Positions 1-9,125 of a stretch of 32,000 bases of DNA are shown here, piece by piece. Source of the stretch: Candidatus Saccharimonadota bacterium (lineage in GTDB: Archaea > Nanobdellota > Nanobdellia > Pacearchaeales > GW2011-AR1); the NCBI GenBank assembly GCA_049511795.1, contig JBEKXS010000001.1, forward strand, positions 180,001 to 212,000, in the 5' to 3' direction. The notes below the pieces were generated by a model. That model did no database searches and was not told the origin of the DNA. It saw only the letters and a list, made by a program, of their open reading frames with translations. Within the stretch, counting starts at the first letter, position 1. Each line of letters starts with the position of its first letter. The position numbers were made by a program, and so were the translations under genes.

Positions 1-276
1 ATACCAATGAAAGGCTTGGTTTCTAGTGTTTCAATCGGAAAACTTGACAAGACTCTTGTTGTTGACTTGATAAAAGATGAAGAAGACTGGGAAGAAGGAG
101 AAGGCGCAACAGACATCCCAATAACATTAACTAGCGATGGAAAAATAACGCACATGCAGCTTGATGGAAAGATAACAGGAAAAGAATTGAAGGAAGCGCT
201 ACAGCTTGCAAAGAAGGCAAACAAGGAAGTTTATGAAGTTCAGAAAAAAGCATTGAAGGAGAGCATAAAATTTTAA
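1..276 (+). CDS. rrp41: Exosome complex exonuclease Rrp41 (RNase PH-like), C-terminal fragment; the 5-prime end lies outside the window
   Basis: Frame 1 is open from base 1. The C-terminal sequence is RNase PH-like (VVDLIKDEED..ATDIPITL..MQLDGKIT..EALQLA). It sits directly upstream of an Rrp42-like gene, the conserved archaeal exosome order. Confidence 0.65.
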   Translation: MPMKGLVSSVSIGKLDKTLVVDLIKDEEDWEEGEGATDIPITLTSDGKITHMQLDGKITGKELKEALQLAKKANKEVYEVQKKALKESIKF

Positions 277-289
277 ATTAAAATAAAAA

Positions 290-1090
290 ATGGAAACATC
301 AAAAATAACAGGCGATAGAATAAGAAAATATTTGGGCGAAGGAAAAAGATTTGATTCAAGAAAGCCAGACGAATTCAGAGAGATTTCAATAGAAACAGGA
401 GTTTCAAAAAAAGCAGAAGGTTCTGCTAAAGTGAAAATAGGAAAAACAGAAGTCATTGTCGGAGTAAAACTTGATGTTATGGAACCTTATACTGACTCAC
501 CTGACAAGGGAAATTTGACTGTAAGCGCTGAATTAACACCAATGAGTTCTGAAAGATTTGAAAGCGGACCTCCAAAATTCCCTGCTGTTGAACTTGGAAG
601 ATTGACAGACAGGACAATAAGAGAAAGCAAATTCATTGAAATGGAAAAATTGTGCATAAAAGAAGGGGAAAAAGTCTGGGGAATTTATGTTGACATATAC
701 ACACTAAATGACGACGGAAACCTTATTGATGCTGCAGAAATAGCAGCTGTTGCTGCGCTAAAAACAGCAAAAATGCCAAAATATGACAAAGAAACAGGAA
801 AAGTTCTTTTCGGCGAATGGACAGATGAAAAAGTTCCTGTTAAGAAAGAGCCACCAATAACAATAACAGCACATAAAATAGGAAACTCATGGCTTGTTGA
901 TCCAACACAGGAAGAGGAAGATGTATCTGAAGCAAGAGTAACAATTGGAGCAACAGCTGAAGGAGTTATTTCATCTCTTCAGAAGGGAGAATCAAAGGAA
1001 ATCAGTATTGAAGAATTCGGGGAAGTTATAGACATGACTGAAAAAGTCAGAAAGAAAGTTTTTTCAACAGTGGAGAAGTTGTTAAAGTAA
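290..1090 (+). CDS. rrp42: Exosome complex component Rrp42 (inactive RNase PH-like subunit)
   Basis: 266-aa ORF with RNase PH-fold features (R.DGR..DE.R.I.IETGV..KAEGSA.V.IG.T.V..GVK; LIDAA.IAAVAALK). It follows rrp41 with a 13-nt gap. Confidence 0.75.
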   Translation: METSKITGDRIRKYLGEGKRFDSRKPDEFREISIETGVSKKAEGSAKVKIGKTEVIVGVKLDVMEPYTDSPDKGNLTVSAELTPMSSERFESGPPKFPAVELGRLTDRTIRESKFIEMEKLCIKEGEKVWGIYVDIYTLNDDGNLIDAAEIAAVAALKTAKMPKYDKETGKVLFGEWTDEKVPVKKEPPITITAHKIGNSWLVDPTQEEEDVSEARVTIGATAEGVISSLQKGESKEISIEEFGEVIDMTEKVRKKVFSTVEKLLK

Positions 1091-1091
1091 G

Positions 1092-1322
1092 ATGACATCG
1101 CTAGAAATATCTTTGGTTGAGCCGGGATTATTTGGTAGAGAAGATTTAGTTGAAAAAAGATATGTAGAAATAAAGTTAAATGAAGCAGAAACACCAAAAG
1201 GGTGGAGAAGCTGGGCAAGAAAATTATATGACAGCAAGTATAGTAAAGCAATACTGGAATATTTTAAGGGAATAAAACAAAAAACAGGTTTTAAAAGAAT
1301 AGTTCAGACGTTTTACGATTAA
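1092..1322 (+). CDS. Hypothetical small protein (76 aa)
   Basis: ORF starts 1 nt after the rrp42 stop and ends 1 nt before rpoK, so it is tightly packed in an operon. No recognisable motif and no Cys, so it is not RpoN, RpoP or L37ae. Confidence 0.3.
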   Translation: MTSLEISLVEPGLFGREDLVEKRYVEIKLNEAETPKGWRSWARKLYDSKYSKAILEYFKGIKQKTGFKRIVQTFYD

Positions 1323-1323
1323 A

Positions 1324-1716
1324 ATGCAAGAAGAAAAAACACCGGAGAAATTCACAAAATATGAAATTGCAAGAATTTTGGGAGCAAGAGCCCTGCAGAT
1401 TGCAATGAATGCACCTTTGCTGATAAAGCTTAGCAAGGAAGACCTTGAAAAAATAAAATATGATCCTATAAAAATTGCAGAGATAGAATTGGAATCAAAT
1501 GTTCTGCCTATTTCTGTAAAGAAGCCTTTCCCAGGGAAGAAAGAAGATGTTTTGAGAAGACCAAAAGAACAGAAAGTTACTGACGAAAAAGTCGAGGAAA
1601 AAGAGGCTGCAGAAGAGGGAGAAATCGCAAACGAAGGAGAAATAATGACTCTTGTAAACCCAGAAGAAGAAGCAGAAGAGGAAGCTCCTGAGGAAGAAGG
1701 AGGAGCAGAAGAGTAA
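1324..1716 (+). CDS. rpoK: DNA-directed RNA polymerase subunit K (Rpo6/omega-like) with a long acidic C-terminal tail
   Basis: The core FTKYEIARILGARALQIAMNAPLL...DPIKIAEIELESNVLPISVKK matches the Rpo6/RpoK signature. The position before enolase and uS2 is the canonical archaeal order. The last roughly 60 aa are E/K-rich low complexity. Confidence 0.8.
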   Translation: MQEEKTPEKFTKYEIARILGARALQIAMNAPLLIKLSKEDLEKIKYDPIKIAEIELESNVLPISVKKPFPGKKEDVLRRPKEQKVTDEKVEEKEAAEEGEIANEGEIMTLVNPEEEAEEEAPEEEGGAEE

Positions 1717-1717
1717 A

Positions 1718-1918
1718 ATGGCAAAGAAAAAATTAAAGTTTTTTATGCTTACATATGATTTTGTTACCATACTTGAGGTAATTGGAGCGCTTTACATATT
1801 TTTTTATCTTGCGCAAATAATTAGGGGTTCTCCTCTAGTAATTGGGTTAATTTTTATACTCATAGCTTTTGTTATAAGATTTTTTGATTATAATCTTAGA
1901 AATTATAAATTCTCTTAA
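1718..1918 (+). CDS. Small membrane protein (66 aa, two predicted TM helices)
   Basis: Starts 1 nt after the rpoK stop. Two hydrophobic stretches follow a basic N-terminus (MAKKKLKFF). Confidence 0.35.
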   Translation: MAKKKLKFFMLTYDFVTILEVIGALYIFFYLAQIIRGSPLVIGLIFILIAFVIRFFDYNLRNYKFS

Positions 1919-1954
1919 AGAAAATATTATAAAGCAAAAACTCTATTTTCTTTT

Positions 1955-3118
1955 ATGGTCGTGATAAAAAAAGTTTCTGCAAAAGCAATTTTTGATTCTA
2001 GGAGAGAGAAAACAATTTTTGTTACAATTGAGACAAGCGCTGGCATTTTTTCTGCAAGTGCACCTAATGGGAAATCAACAGGAAAGTATGAAAAAAAGCC
2101 CTACAAGAAAGATATTCAGGGGGACATAAAAACTCTGAAACAATTCAGCAGCTATTTTTCAGATGAGCAGATAGAAAAATTCGATGATTTAAGAAGAGTT
2201 GAGGATACTATTGAAAGGCATGTAGGGGCAAACACTTCTTTTGCTTTGGAATCAGCTGTTTTGAAAGCATTAGCGAGCGAAAAAAAGAAACAAGTATGGC
2301 AGTTGATAAATCCCAATGCAAAAAAATTACCAAGGCTTGTTGGAAATTGCATTGGTGGAGGATTGCATTCAAAAACACCTCAAGATGCAAAAAAGCCTGA
2401 TTTCCAGGAATTTCTACTTATTCCAAAGACAAAAACAGTTGAAGAAGCATGGGAAACAAACAAAAAAATAAAAAAATCACTGCAAAATGAATTAAAAAAA
2501 GAAGATGAAAATTTTAAGGGAAAAAAGAATGATGAAGATGCTTGGCAAACAAGTTTAAATGAAAAAGAAGTGCTTGAAATTCTTAAAAATTCTAGAGTAG
2601 ATGCAGGAATAGATGTCGCTGCATCGACTTTCTACAAAATAAAGAAATATCTTTACAAGAATCCTATGTTAAGCAGAGATAAGGAAGAGCAATTTTCTTA
2701 CATTTCAAATCTTATTAAGAATTTCTCATTACTATATGTGGAAGACCCATTTAATGAAGAGGATTTTGATTCCTTCGCTTTATTATTAAAAAAACATCCA
2801 GAAACTCTGATTGTTGGAGATGATTTAACAGTTACAGATGAAAAAAGATTTGGAAAAGCAATTGAAAATAAAAGCATAAATGCAATAATTGTGAAACCAA
2901 ACCAGTGCGGCTCATTAATTGAAGTGAAAAACATATGCGAGATGGCAAAAAAACAAGGAATAAAGACTGTTTTCTCACACAGAAGCGGGGAAACAACAGA
3001 AAGCATTCTTGCCGACCTTGCTTTCGGCTTCCAAGCAGACTTCTTCAAGTGCGGAATAACTGGAAAAGAAAGAGAAGCAAAGATAAAGCGTCTTATAGAA
3101 ATTGAGAAAAAATTATGA
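1955..3118 (+). CDS. eno: Enolase (phosphopyruvate hydratase), short divergent form (387 aa)
   Basis: Enolase signatures are present: DSR..KT, GKSTG, YVEDPF, IVGDDLTVT, VKPNQCGSLIE, SHRSGETTES, REAKIKRLIEIE. It lies between rpoK and rps2 as in most archaea. Confidence 0.85.
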   Translation: MVVIKKVSAKAIFDSRREKTIFVTIETSAGIFSASAPNGKSTGKYEKKPYKKDIQGDIKTLKQFSSYFSDEQIEKFDDLRRVEDTIERHVGANTSFALESAVLKALASEKKKQVWQLINPNAKKLPRLVGNCIGGGLHSKTPQDAKKPDFQEFLLIPKTKTVEEAWETNKKIKKSLQNELKKEDENFKGKKNDEDAWQTSLNEKEVLEILKNSRVDAGIDVAASTFYKIKKYLYKNPMLSRDKEEQFSYISNLIKNFSLLYVEDPFNEEDFDSFALLLKKHPETLIVGDDLTVTDEKRFGKAIENKSINAIIVKPNQCGSLIEVKNICEMAKKQGIKTVFSHRSGETTESILADLAFGFQADFFKCGITGKEREAKIKRLIEIEKKL

Positions 3119-3165
3119 CGTGAGTAGCATAACTTTTTTAAAACCCCAAAAACTAACTAACACCT

Positions 3166-3693
3166 ATGAAAATACTTATAATCGGTGCAAGCCCTAGAAA
3201 AAATTCATACACAAATATACTTGCAGATTTTACCTACAAATATGCAAAAGAAAAAAATCTAGATGTTGATTTGCTTAATCTATCAGAGACTCCATTGGAT
3301 TATTTCAGAGGTTATGGGGAGACGTACAGTAAATTTACAGCAGACACAATAAGCGCGATAAAAGATAATTACCAGCTTTTGATTTTGGCTACTCCTGTTT
3401 ACGATTCTGCGTACAGCGCTGCATTGAAAAACATTTTTGAGCATTCAAACTACAAGGAGCTCAAGGGAAAAACAGCAGGATTCATAATAATGGCAAGCGG
3501 AAAGATAAGTTCGCTTTTAGTTCAGGGTCAGCTTGTTTCTCTTATGAATTATTTTGGAATTTACTCAAATCCAAAAGCTGTTCATGCAACAATGGAAGAT
3601 TTTGAAGGAATGGAATTAAAAAGTGAAGTCATACAGGAAAGAATAAAAGAACTTATTGATTCCACTGCTGAAATGGCTGAAAAATTGTCTTAA
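3166..3693 (+). CDS. NADPH-dependent FMN reductase-like flavoprotein (flavodoxin fold)
   Basis: MKILIIGASPRKNSYT at the N-terminus and LILATPVYDSAYSAALKNIFEH match the NAD(P)H-dependent FMN reductase pattern. Confidence 0.6.
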   Translation: MKILIIGASPRKNSYTNILADFTYKYAKEKNLDVDLLNLSETPLDYFRGYGETYSKFTADTISAIKDNYQLLILATPVYDSAYSAALKNIFEHSNYKELKGKTAGFIIMASGKISSLLVQGQLVSLMNYFGIYSNPKAVHATMEDFEGMELKSEVIQERIKELIDSTAEMAEKLS

Positions 3694-3917
3694 GTACATC
3701 TCTTAGGTTTTCTCTTAACAATTATTTCAACTTTTCCTTTGTATTCTTTTGTCAATCCCGGCAGTAGATGAGATAAAAATTGCTCAGAAGTCATTCTCCT
3801 TACAATACCTCTAGTGCTTTTCTGTGTCCAACCGAATTTATCTTTTTTATAGACCTGTTTTTTACCGCTTTTCATTACAAAATAAATAACACATTCATCA
3901 TTTTTCATGATTAACAT
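3690..3917 (-). CDS. Hypothetical basic protein (75 aa)
   Basis: ORF only. It overlaps the flavoprotein gene end by 4 nt (convergent). No recognisable motif. Confidence 0.3.
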   Translation of the reverse strand: MLIMKNDECVIYFVMKSGKKQVYKKDKFGWTQKSTRGIVRRMTSEQFLSHLLPGLTKEYKGKVEIIVKRKPKRCT

Positions 3918-3984
3918 AAAAGCTGGATGATTTTATATTTTTCCTATTGAAAACCTTTAAAAACTAAATTCTCTGTGAATTTCT

Positions 3985-4854
3985 ATGCCAAAGAAAAAAA
4001 AGGAAACTAAGGAAGAAAATAAAGAAGTTTCTGAAGAAATGAAAAAAAAAGCTGAGGCAGAATCAACTACAGAAGAGAAAAGCCTTGAGGAAAAGAAGAA
4101 AGAGCTTTTGGCAAAGGCAAAAAAACTCAAGGAAAAGCTTGTCGGAGAAGAAATAAGCAGTGAAGAGCTCAAGGAAAAAGTCAAACTCAAGAAAAGAGAA
4201 GAAATGCTTGTTCCTCTTGAAGAATATGTAAAATCAGGAATTTATCTTGGAACAAGAGTTGTTACACCAAACATGAGACCTTTTGTTTACAGGAGAAGGG
4301 CAGATGGATTGGCAATATTCAACACAGACACAATTGATGAAAAATTAAAGGAGGGAATTGAATACCTTGGAAAATTTGCTCCGGAAGATGTCATTGTCAT
4401 ATGCAAAAGGCAGGCTGGATGGAAAGCTGTTGAAATGTTTTCTGAAGTAACAGGAATAAGAGTTTTCACAAAAAAATATCCTGCAGGAATTTTGACAAAC
4501 AACCGTCTTCCTAACTTTTTCGAAAATGAGCTTACAGTAATAACAGACCAATGGGTTGACAAGAACGCGCTTAATGATACATTGATAGTTCACAAGAAAG
4601 TCCTGATGATTTGCGACACAAACAATTTTTCCCATGGATCTGATAAAATAATAATCGGGAACAACAAAAGTCCAAAAAGCATTGGATTGATATTCTATCT
4701 TTTAGCAAGAGGATACTGCAAGGCAAGAGGAATTGAAAAAAACATTCCTGACTTGGAATTTTGGGAAGGCGAAGAAGAAAAGAAAGAAAGCAGCTTTGAC
4801 AAAAGAAGGGAAAAGCCGATTCTTGCAGATGCTGGCGCGCAGTTTGGTGTTTAA
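3985..4854 (+). CDS. rps2: 30S ribosomal protein uS2 with a roughly 70-aa K/E-rich N-terminal extension
   Basis: The core LVPLEEYVKSGIYLGTRVVTPNMRPFVYRRRADGLAIFN...KKYPAGILTN matches archaeal S2. A TATA-like ctttaaaaac lies about 25 nt upstream. It follows enolase in the conserved order. Confidence 0.85.
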   Translation: MPKKKKETKEENKEVSEEMKKKAEAESTTEEKSLEEKKKELLAKAKKLKEKLVGEEISSEELKEKVKLKKREEMLVPLEEYVKSGIYLGTRVVTPNMRPFVYRRRADGLAIFNTDTIDEKLKEGIEYLGKFAPEDVIVICKRQAGWKAVEMFSEVTGIRVFTKKYPAGILTNNRLPNFFENELTVITDQWVDKNALNDTLIVHKKVLMICDTNNFSHGSDKIIIGNNKSPKSIGLIFYLLARGYCKARGIEKNIPDLEFWEGEEEKKESSFDKRREKPILADAGAQFGV

Positions 4855-4901
4855 AATATCTTAGTTCTAGAGTTCATAAGGTTTAAATAAGTCTATTTTA
4901 T

Positions 4902-5153
4902 TTGAAAATTATGGAAAGAAAATATAGTAAAAGTAGAGTAGCAAAAAAAGTGGGTGACTTAGTTGATAACCTCATACATGACCGAAAAGCAGTATTAGTT
5001 GAAGCGCATGGGTATATGGAAGTTTACTCAATTAAATCTCCAGAAATTGCGGTTGTTGCAAGAACAGGTACTGATGGGACTGAAGTTGCAACATCTTATA
5101 CTGCAATAGGCAGAAAAGAAGACATTGGAGAATTTGAAAAATTGTTAGCTTAA
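4902..5153 (+). CDS. Hypothetical protein (83 aa)
   Basis: ORF with non-repetitive, protein-like composition and a TATA-like gtttaaataa upstream. No motif recognised. Confidence 0.35.
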   Translation: MKIMERKYSKSRVAKKVGDLVDNLIHDRKAVLVEAHGYMEVYSIKSPEIAVVARTGTDGTEVATSYTAIGRKEDIGEFEKLLA

Positions 5154-5716
5154 CTTTTTCTCTTCTTTACAAAATATCTTATCAAATAGATTACAACAGC
5201 AAGCAAAGCCAATAAAAGAGTTAAGTTTGTTACAGTGCTTATCAAATTATTTATGACTTCACCTAAGAAGTATCCTATTACTGAATGAACGACTGCGTAC
5301 AAAAATTCTCCTACAAGGACAGCTGTGATGAATTTTTTCCTGTCAATTTCCTCAAAGCCGGCAACATAGCTTACAACAGCGCAAAGTGCAAAGAAAAGCC
5401 ATCTTGTCCAGAATACTATTGAGAATTCGTGCTTTTTCAATAATTTTCTTGCCTTTTTCTCATTATCCCTGAAGAAGCTGAAACGCCTTAATTTTGACCT
5501 GAATCTTTCTGAGAAAAACTTTGCTAGTTCATAAGCAGCAATGTCTCCAACGCTGGCTGCAACAAAAACCACAATTGTAAAAATAAGAAGAGAAGAAAAA
5601 TTAGTTATTGAAGAAGCAAAGGCAATTAGCGTGAGGCTTCCTCCTGGAAAACCAAAAGAGCCTGCAACCTGCAATAAAAAAATGGTTATTAATCCAAGAA
5701 CAGATATTCCGGTCAT
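5150..5716 (-). CDS. DedA/VTT-family (SNARE-associated) membrane protein
   Basis: Multi-TM protein with G.PGG near the N-terminus and a GD.AAYELAKFF..RF segment typical of DedA/VTT domains. Confidence 0.55.
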   Translation of the reverse strand: MTGISVLGLITIFLLQVAGSFGFPGGSLTLIAFASSITNFSSLLIFTIVVFVAASVGDIAAYELAKFFSERFRSKLRRFSFFRDNEKKARKLLKKHEFSIVFWTRWLFFALCAVVSYVAGFEEIDRKKFITAVLVGEFLYAVVHSVIGYFLGEVINNLISTVTNLTLLLALLAVVIYLIRYFVKKRKS

Positions 5717-6051
5717 TTGATAAGATTGTTCAACTCCATTAAGATTTGATTACAATTTTTGTTGTAAACAATGCAGTATCTGTTGAGCGAAATATGGTTG
5801 TTTATTGAGCTTGTGTTTCCTATTGCTGAATAAATTTGGTTGTATGTCAAATTGAAATTATGATTTATTTCCTTAAGAGTCATCCATGACTGGATTGTTA
5901 TGTTCTGCTGGCTGAAATAATTGTGCCTTTGCTGCCATGCTGAATAACTTCTGTATGTACTTGCAGCTAAAAGTAAAATTGAAATAATCAATGCTATTAT
6001 CAAAATTATGTAAATTAAAATATGTTTTTTCTTTTTGTTTTTTCTTGGCAT
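5713..6051 (-). CDS. Membrane-anchored hypothetical protein (112 aa)
   Basis: Basic N-terminus (MPRKNKKKKH), then one TM helix and an N/Q/S-rich extracytoplasmic part. It overlaps the downstream DedA gene by 4 nt. Confidence 0.4.
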   Translation of the reverse strand: MPRKNKKKKHILIYIILIIALIISILLLAASTYRSYSAWQQRHNYFSQQNITIQSWMTLKEINHNFNLTYNQIYSAIGNTSSINNHISLNRYCIVYNKNCNQILMELNNLIK

Positions 6052-6057
6052 TTTATT

Positions 6058-6504
6058 TTAAAGCTTAAACCAAAGCCACCCATTTTTTACATAGCCTGTT
6101 TTTATCAAAACATACCAGCCTTTTAGTTTTTTTCCGTGAAGGTTGAATTCTATTTTTTTCTCATCCTGAAATTTTATTTCATAAGTTCCTTTGTCCCAGA
6201 TTTCAACTTTTCCTGCACCGTAATTTCCCTCTGGGATTGTTCCGTGAAATTTTGCATATTCAATAGGGTGGTCTTCAACGTGAATAGAAAGTCTTTTTAC
6301 CCCTTTTTCAATTGGAGGTTCTTTTGGAACAGCCCATGAAGCAAGAACACCGTTCATTTCAAGCCTCAAATCATAGTGATGATTTCTTGTATAATGGCTA
6401 TGAACAACGAATATCAGCTTTTTGCCTTTTGTTTTTTTTACTTTTCCTTCTGGCTCAGGCGTTTCAGAGAATTTTCTTTTTTGTTTGTATTTCGTTAGGG
6501 GCAT
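6058..6504 (-). CDS. Stand-alone DNA ligase D 3-prime-phosphoesterase (LigD PE) domain protein
   Basis: FVVHSHYTRNHHYDLRLEMNGVLASWAVPKEPP...HVEDHPIEYAKFHGTIPEGNYGAGKVEIWDKGTYE...HGKKLKGWYVLIKT is the LigD_N/PE domain signature (H.H..HYDLRLE). Confidence 0.7.
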   Translation of the reverse strand: MPLTKYKQKRKFSETPEPEGKVKKTKGKKLIFVVHSHYTRNHHYDLRLEMNGVLASWAVPKEPPIEKGVKRLSIHVEDHPIEYAKFHGTIPEGNYGAGKVEIWDKGTYEIKFQDEKKIEFNLHGKKLKGWYVLIKTGYVKNGWLWFKL

Positions 6505-6534
6505 AATTCGACTAAGAAATCAGGATATAAATAA

Positions 6535-6768
6535 TTATTTCTTCTTCTCTGGTATTTCATTCTTTGTTCCGCATTCGTGACAGAACTTCTGTCTTTCATC
6601 AAGAGTTGTGCCGCATGTTTTGCATTTTAGCGTTATTGGTCTTAATTCCTTTGTTGTCGGGCTTTTGTAACCTGGCCTTCCGGAAACAACTTTCGAGAAA
6701 ATATTCATAAATTGGTCTGAACGCTGCAAGTCATCCTGTATCTTCTGCCTGTCGTAAATTTCTCCCAT
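6535..6768 (-). CDS. Zinc-ribbon protein (77 aa)
   Basis: C-terminal CKTCGT-x10-CHECGT double CxxC ribbon. Confidence 0.5.
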   Translation of the reverse strand: MGEIYDRQKIQDDLQRSDQFMNIFSKVVSGRPGYKSPTTKELRPITLKCKTCGTTLDERQKFCHECGTKNEIPEKKK

Positions 6769-6860
6769 TGGAAAGACAGAAGAAAATATTATTTAAAAAT
6801 ATTTTGTAGTATATTTTTCAGTATAAAAATAATTAAAAAGAAAGGATTTTTTCGGGAACT

Positions 6861-7187
6861 ATGGATGAAGCATCAGCAGATATCATAAGCGACGGAAGAA
6901 AATTTGTGCTTGATCAATTGGGACTGGGGGAAGAACAGCTAAGGTTAATTGGAAAATTAGTCTGGCTAAAAACAGATGAAAAAGTAGATTTTATGCATTA
7001 TCATCCAAATCAGCGACAGTTTTATGTAAAATTTAAAGAATTTATTTCTATTCAGGATCTTGAAAGATTATTAGATAGATATGAAGTTCCAAAAAAACAT
7101 TCTAGAGCTACTTCTGCAGAAGCATTGTTAAAACCATTTGGACCAGATGGTATTGAAGTTTTATTTGCACCGGTAAAATATTCCTAA
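6861..7187 (+). CDS. Hypothetical protein (108 aa)
   Basis: ORF with globular-like composition and AT-rich promoter-like sequence upstream. No motif recognised. Confidence 0.4.
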   Translation: MDEASADIISDGRKFVLDQLGLGEEQLRLIGKLVWLKTDEKVDFMHYHPNQRQFYVKFKEFISIQDLERLLDRYEVPKKHSRATSAEALLKPFGPDGIEVLFAPVKYS

Positions 7188-7215
7188 ACCTAATTTACTC
7201 ATTTCTCCTCGAAAC

Positions 7216-7225
7216 ATTTATAAAT
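7216..7225 (+). promoter_or_regulatory. Candidate rRNA operon TATA box (atttataaat)
   Basis: TATA-like element about 25-30 nt upstream of the first leader segment (7254) that pairs with the 16S trailer. Confidence 0.4.
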
Positions 7226-7253
7226 GAAAAAAGTTGTAAATTCTTGTTAACTA

Positions 7254-7336
7254 AGATGAGTGCCTTAAAAATGTGCATACTAACGCTTACATTTCAGTTT
7301 GAGTCAGCCTGCATTAAGGTATGAAGTATGTAGAAG
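7254..7336 (+). other. 16S processing-stem 5-prime strand, split into two segments (7254-7262 and 7326-7336) around an internal hairpin
   Basis: agatgagtg and gtatgtagaag are exact complements of the contiguous trailer sequence cttctacatacactcatct (9061-9079). The intervening 63 nt has ccttaa/ttaagg closing pairs. Confidence 0.55.
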
Positions 7337-7536
7337 CAGTCATTTAGTTGTAATTTCTTTATAGATTCATTAAATTTGAGACAAGCCAATAGTAAGGATG
7401 CGTTTATCGACGGTAAATCAAAATAACTTTCGAGTGAACGCGAATGTGTGAAGTGTTCGTTTCTTACCAAATAAAATAATAACGAACGCGTAATAGATTT
7501 TTTGTTGTTTATCAATAAAAAAATATGATATTATTA

Positions 7537-8981
7537 AATCCAGTTGATCCTGCTGGCGGCTGCGGCTCTCTGGTTTGCACTTAGACATGCAAGTTATTTC
7601 ACTTAGCAATAGGTGGAAAGCGAACTGCTCAGTAACACGTAGCTAACCTGCCCTTAAGTCGATGATAACCTCGGGAAACTGAGACTAAAAATCGATAGAA
7701 GACATACCCTGGAAAGATTTGTCTTTGAAATTAGTGCTTAAGGATGGGGCTGCGGCGGATTAGGTAGTTGGCGGGGTAATAGCCCACCAAGCCTTTGATC
7801 CGTAAGGGCTCTTAGCGGAGAGGCCCTGAGAGGGAATCTGAGACACTATTCCCAGCCCTACGGGGTGCAGCAGTTAGGAATCATTTGCAATGCGCGAAAG
7901 CGTGACAATTTGAACCAGAGTGCTTTTCATTTGAAAAGCTTTTGCCAAATGTAAAAAGTTTGGCGAATAAGGACTGGGTAAGACGGGTGCCAGCCGCCGC
8001 GGTAATACCCGCGGTCCAAGTCGCAGCCATCTTTATTGGGTCTAAAACATCCGTAGCTTGCCTGATAAGTTCCTTGTGAAATCTTATCTCTTAAGGATAA
8101 GGCGTGCAAGGAGTACTGCCAGGCTAGAGACCGGAAGACGTAGGAAGTACGTTCGAAGTAGCGGTAAAATGCGTTAATCTCGAGCGGACTCACAACAGCG
8201 AAGGCATCCTACGAGGACGGTTCTGACTGTAAGGGATGAAGGCTAGGGGCGCAAAGTGGATTAGATACCCATGTAGTCCTAGCAGTAAACACTGCACACT
8301 AAACATTAGTACCTCCTCGAGAGGTATTGGTGCTGTAGAGAAGTCGAAGAGTGTGCTACCTGGGAAGTATAGCCGCAAGGCCGAAACTTAAAGGAATTGG
8401 CGGGGAGACACTACAACGGGTGACGCGTGCGGTTCAATTAGATTCTACACCGTGAACCTCACCAGGACCGACAGCAGAATGAAGGTCAGTCTAAAGGGCT
8501 TACCTGACACGCTGAGAGGAGTTGCATGGCCGACGTCAGCCTGTGTCGTGAGATGACCTGTTAAATCAGGTAACAGGCAAGACCCACATGTATATTTACT
8601 ATGCGTACAATATACAGATCGCCTTGGTAACATGGATGAAAGTGTGGGCTACGTTAGGTGAGTACAGCCTGAATGCCCTGGGCGACACGCGCGCGTCAAT
8701 GGTGGACACAGTGGGATGCAACTCCGAAAGGAGAAGCTAACCTCATAAAATCCATCTCAGTCCAGATTGAGGCTTGCAATTCAGCCTCATGACGCTGGAA
8801 TCCGTAGTAATCGTTCGTTAGCAGCAAACGGTGAATACGTCACTGTCTCTTGCACACACTGCCCGTCAAACCAACCAAGTTATGCTATGGTGAAACGATT
8901 TTTCGGAGAACCTTAGTATGGTGAGGTAGGTTAAGTCGTCACAAGGTATCTGTAGGGGAACCTGCAGATGGATCACCTCCT
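7537..8981 (+). rRNA. 16S (SSU) rRNA, archaeal, about 1445 nt
   Basis: 5-prime aatccagttgatcctgctggcgg; gtgccagccgccgcggtaatacc (515 region); ggattagataccc; aaaggaattggcgggg; 3-prime ggatcacctcct anti-SD. Ends are approximate to within a few nt. Confidence 0.95.
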
Positions 8982-9060
8982 AAATATTTTTGTAAAAAAA
9001 TATTTAACAAAACAAAGGCGGTTTCAAAGCAAGAAAATATATTTAATTTACAGCGAGATT

Positions 9061-9079
9061 CTTCTACATACACTCATCT
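9061..9079 (+). other. 16S processing-stem 3-prime strand
   Basis: Complementary to 7326-7336 and 7254-7262 (see the 5-prime strand feature). Confidence 0.55.
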
Positions 9080-9125
9080 AGTTTCGGAAAAGTTTTAAAA
9101 AACTACTTCGGCTCATGAAGTGCAA

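Noticed and set aside
1224-1770. Long minus-strand ORFs (166 aa and 91 aa) rich in Ser/Phe. The same pattern occurs at 3957-4190, 24730-25014 and 28903-29466.
   Set aside because: They are antisense shadows of purine-rich K/E-coding stretches in rpoK, rps2, cysS and rpl31e. The sense-strand genes have clear family signatures.
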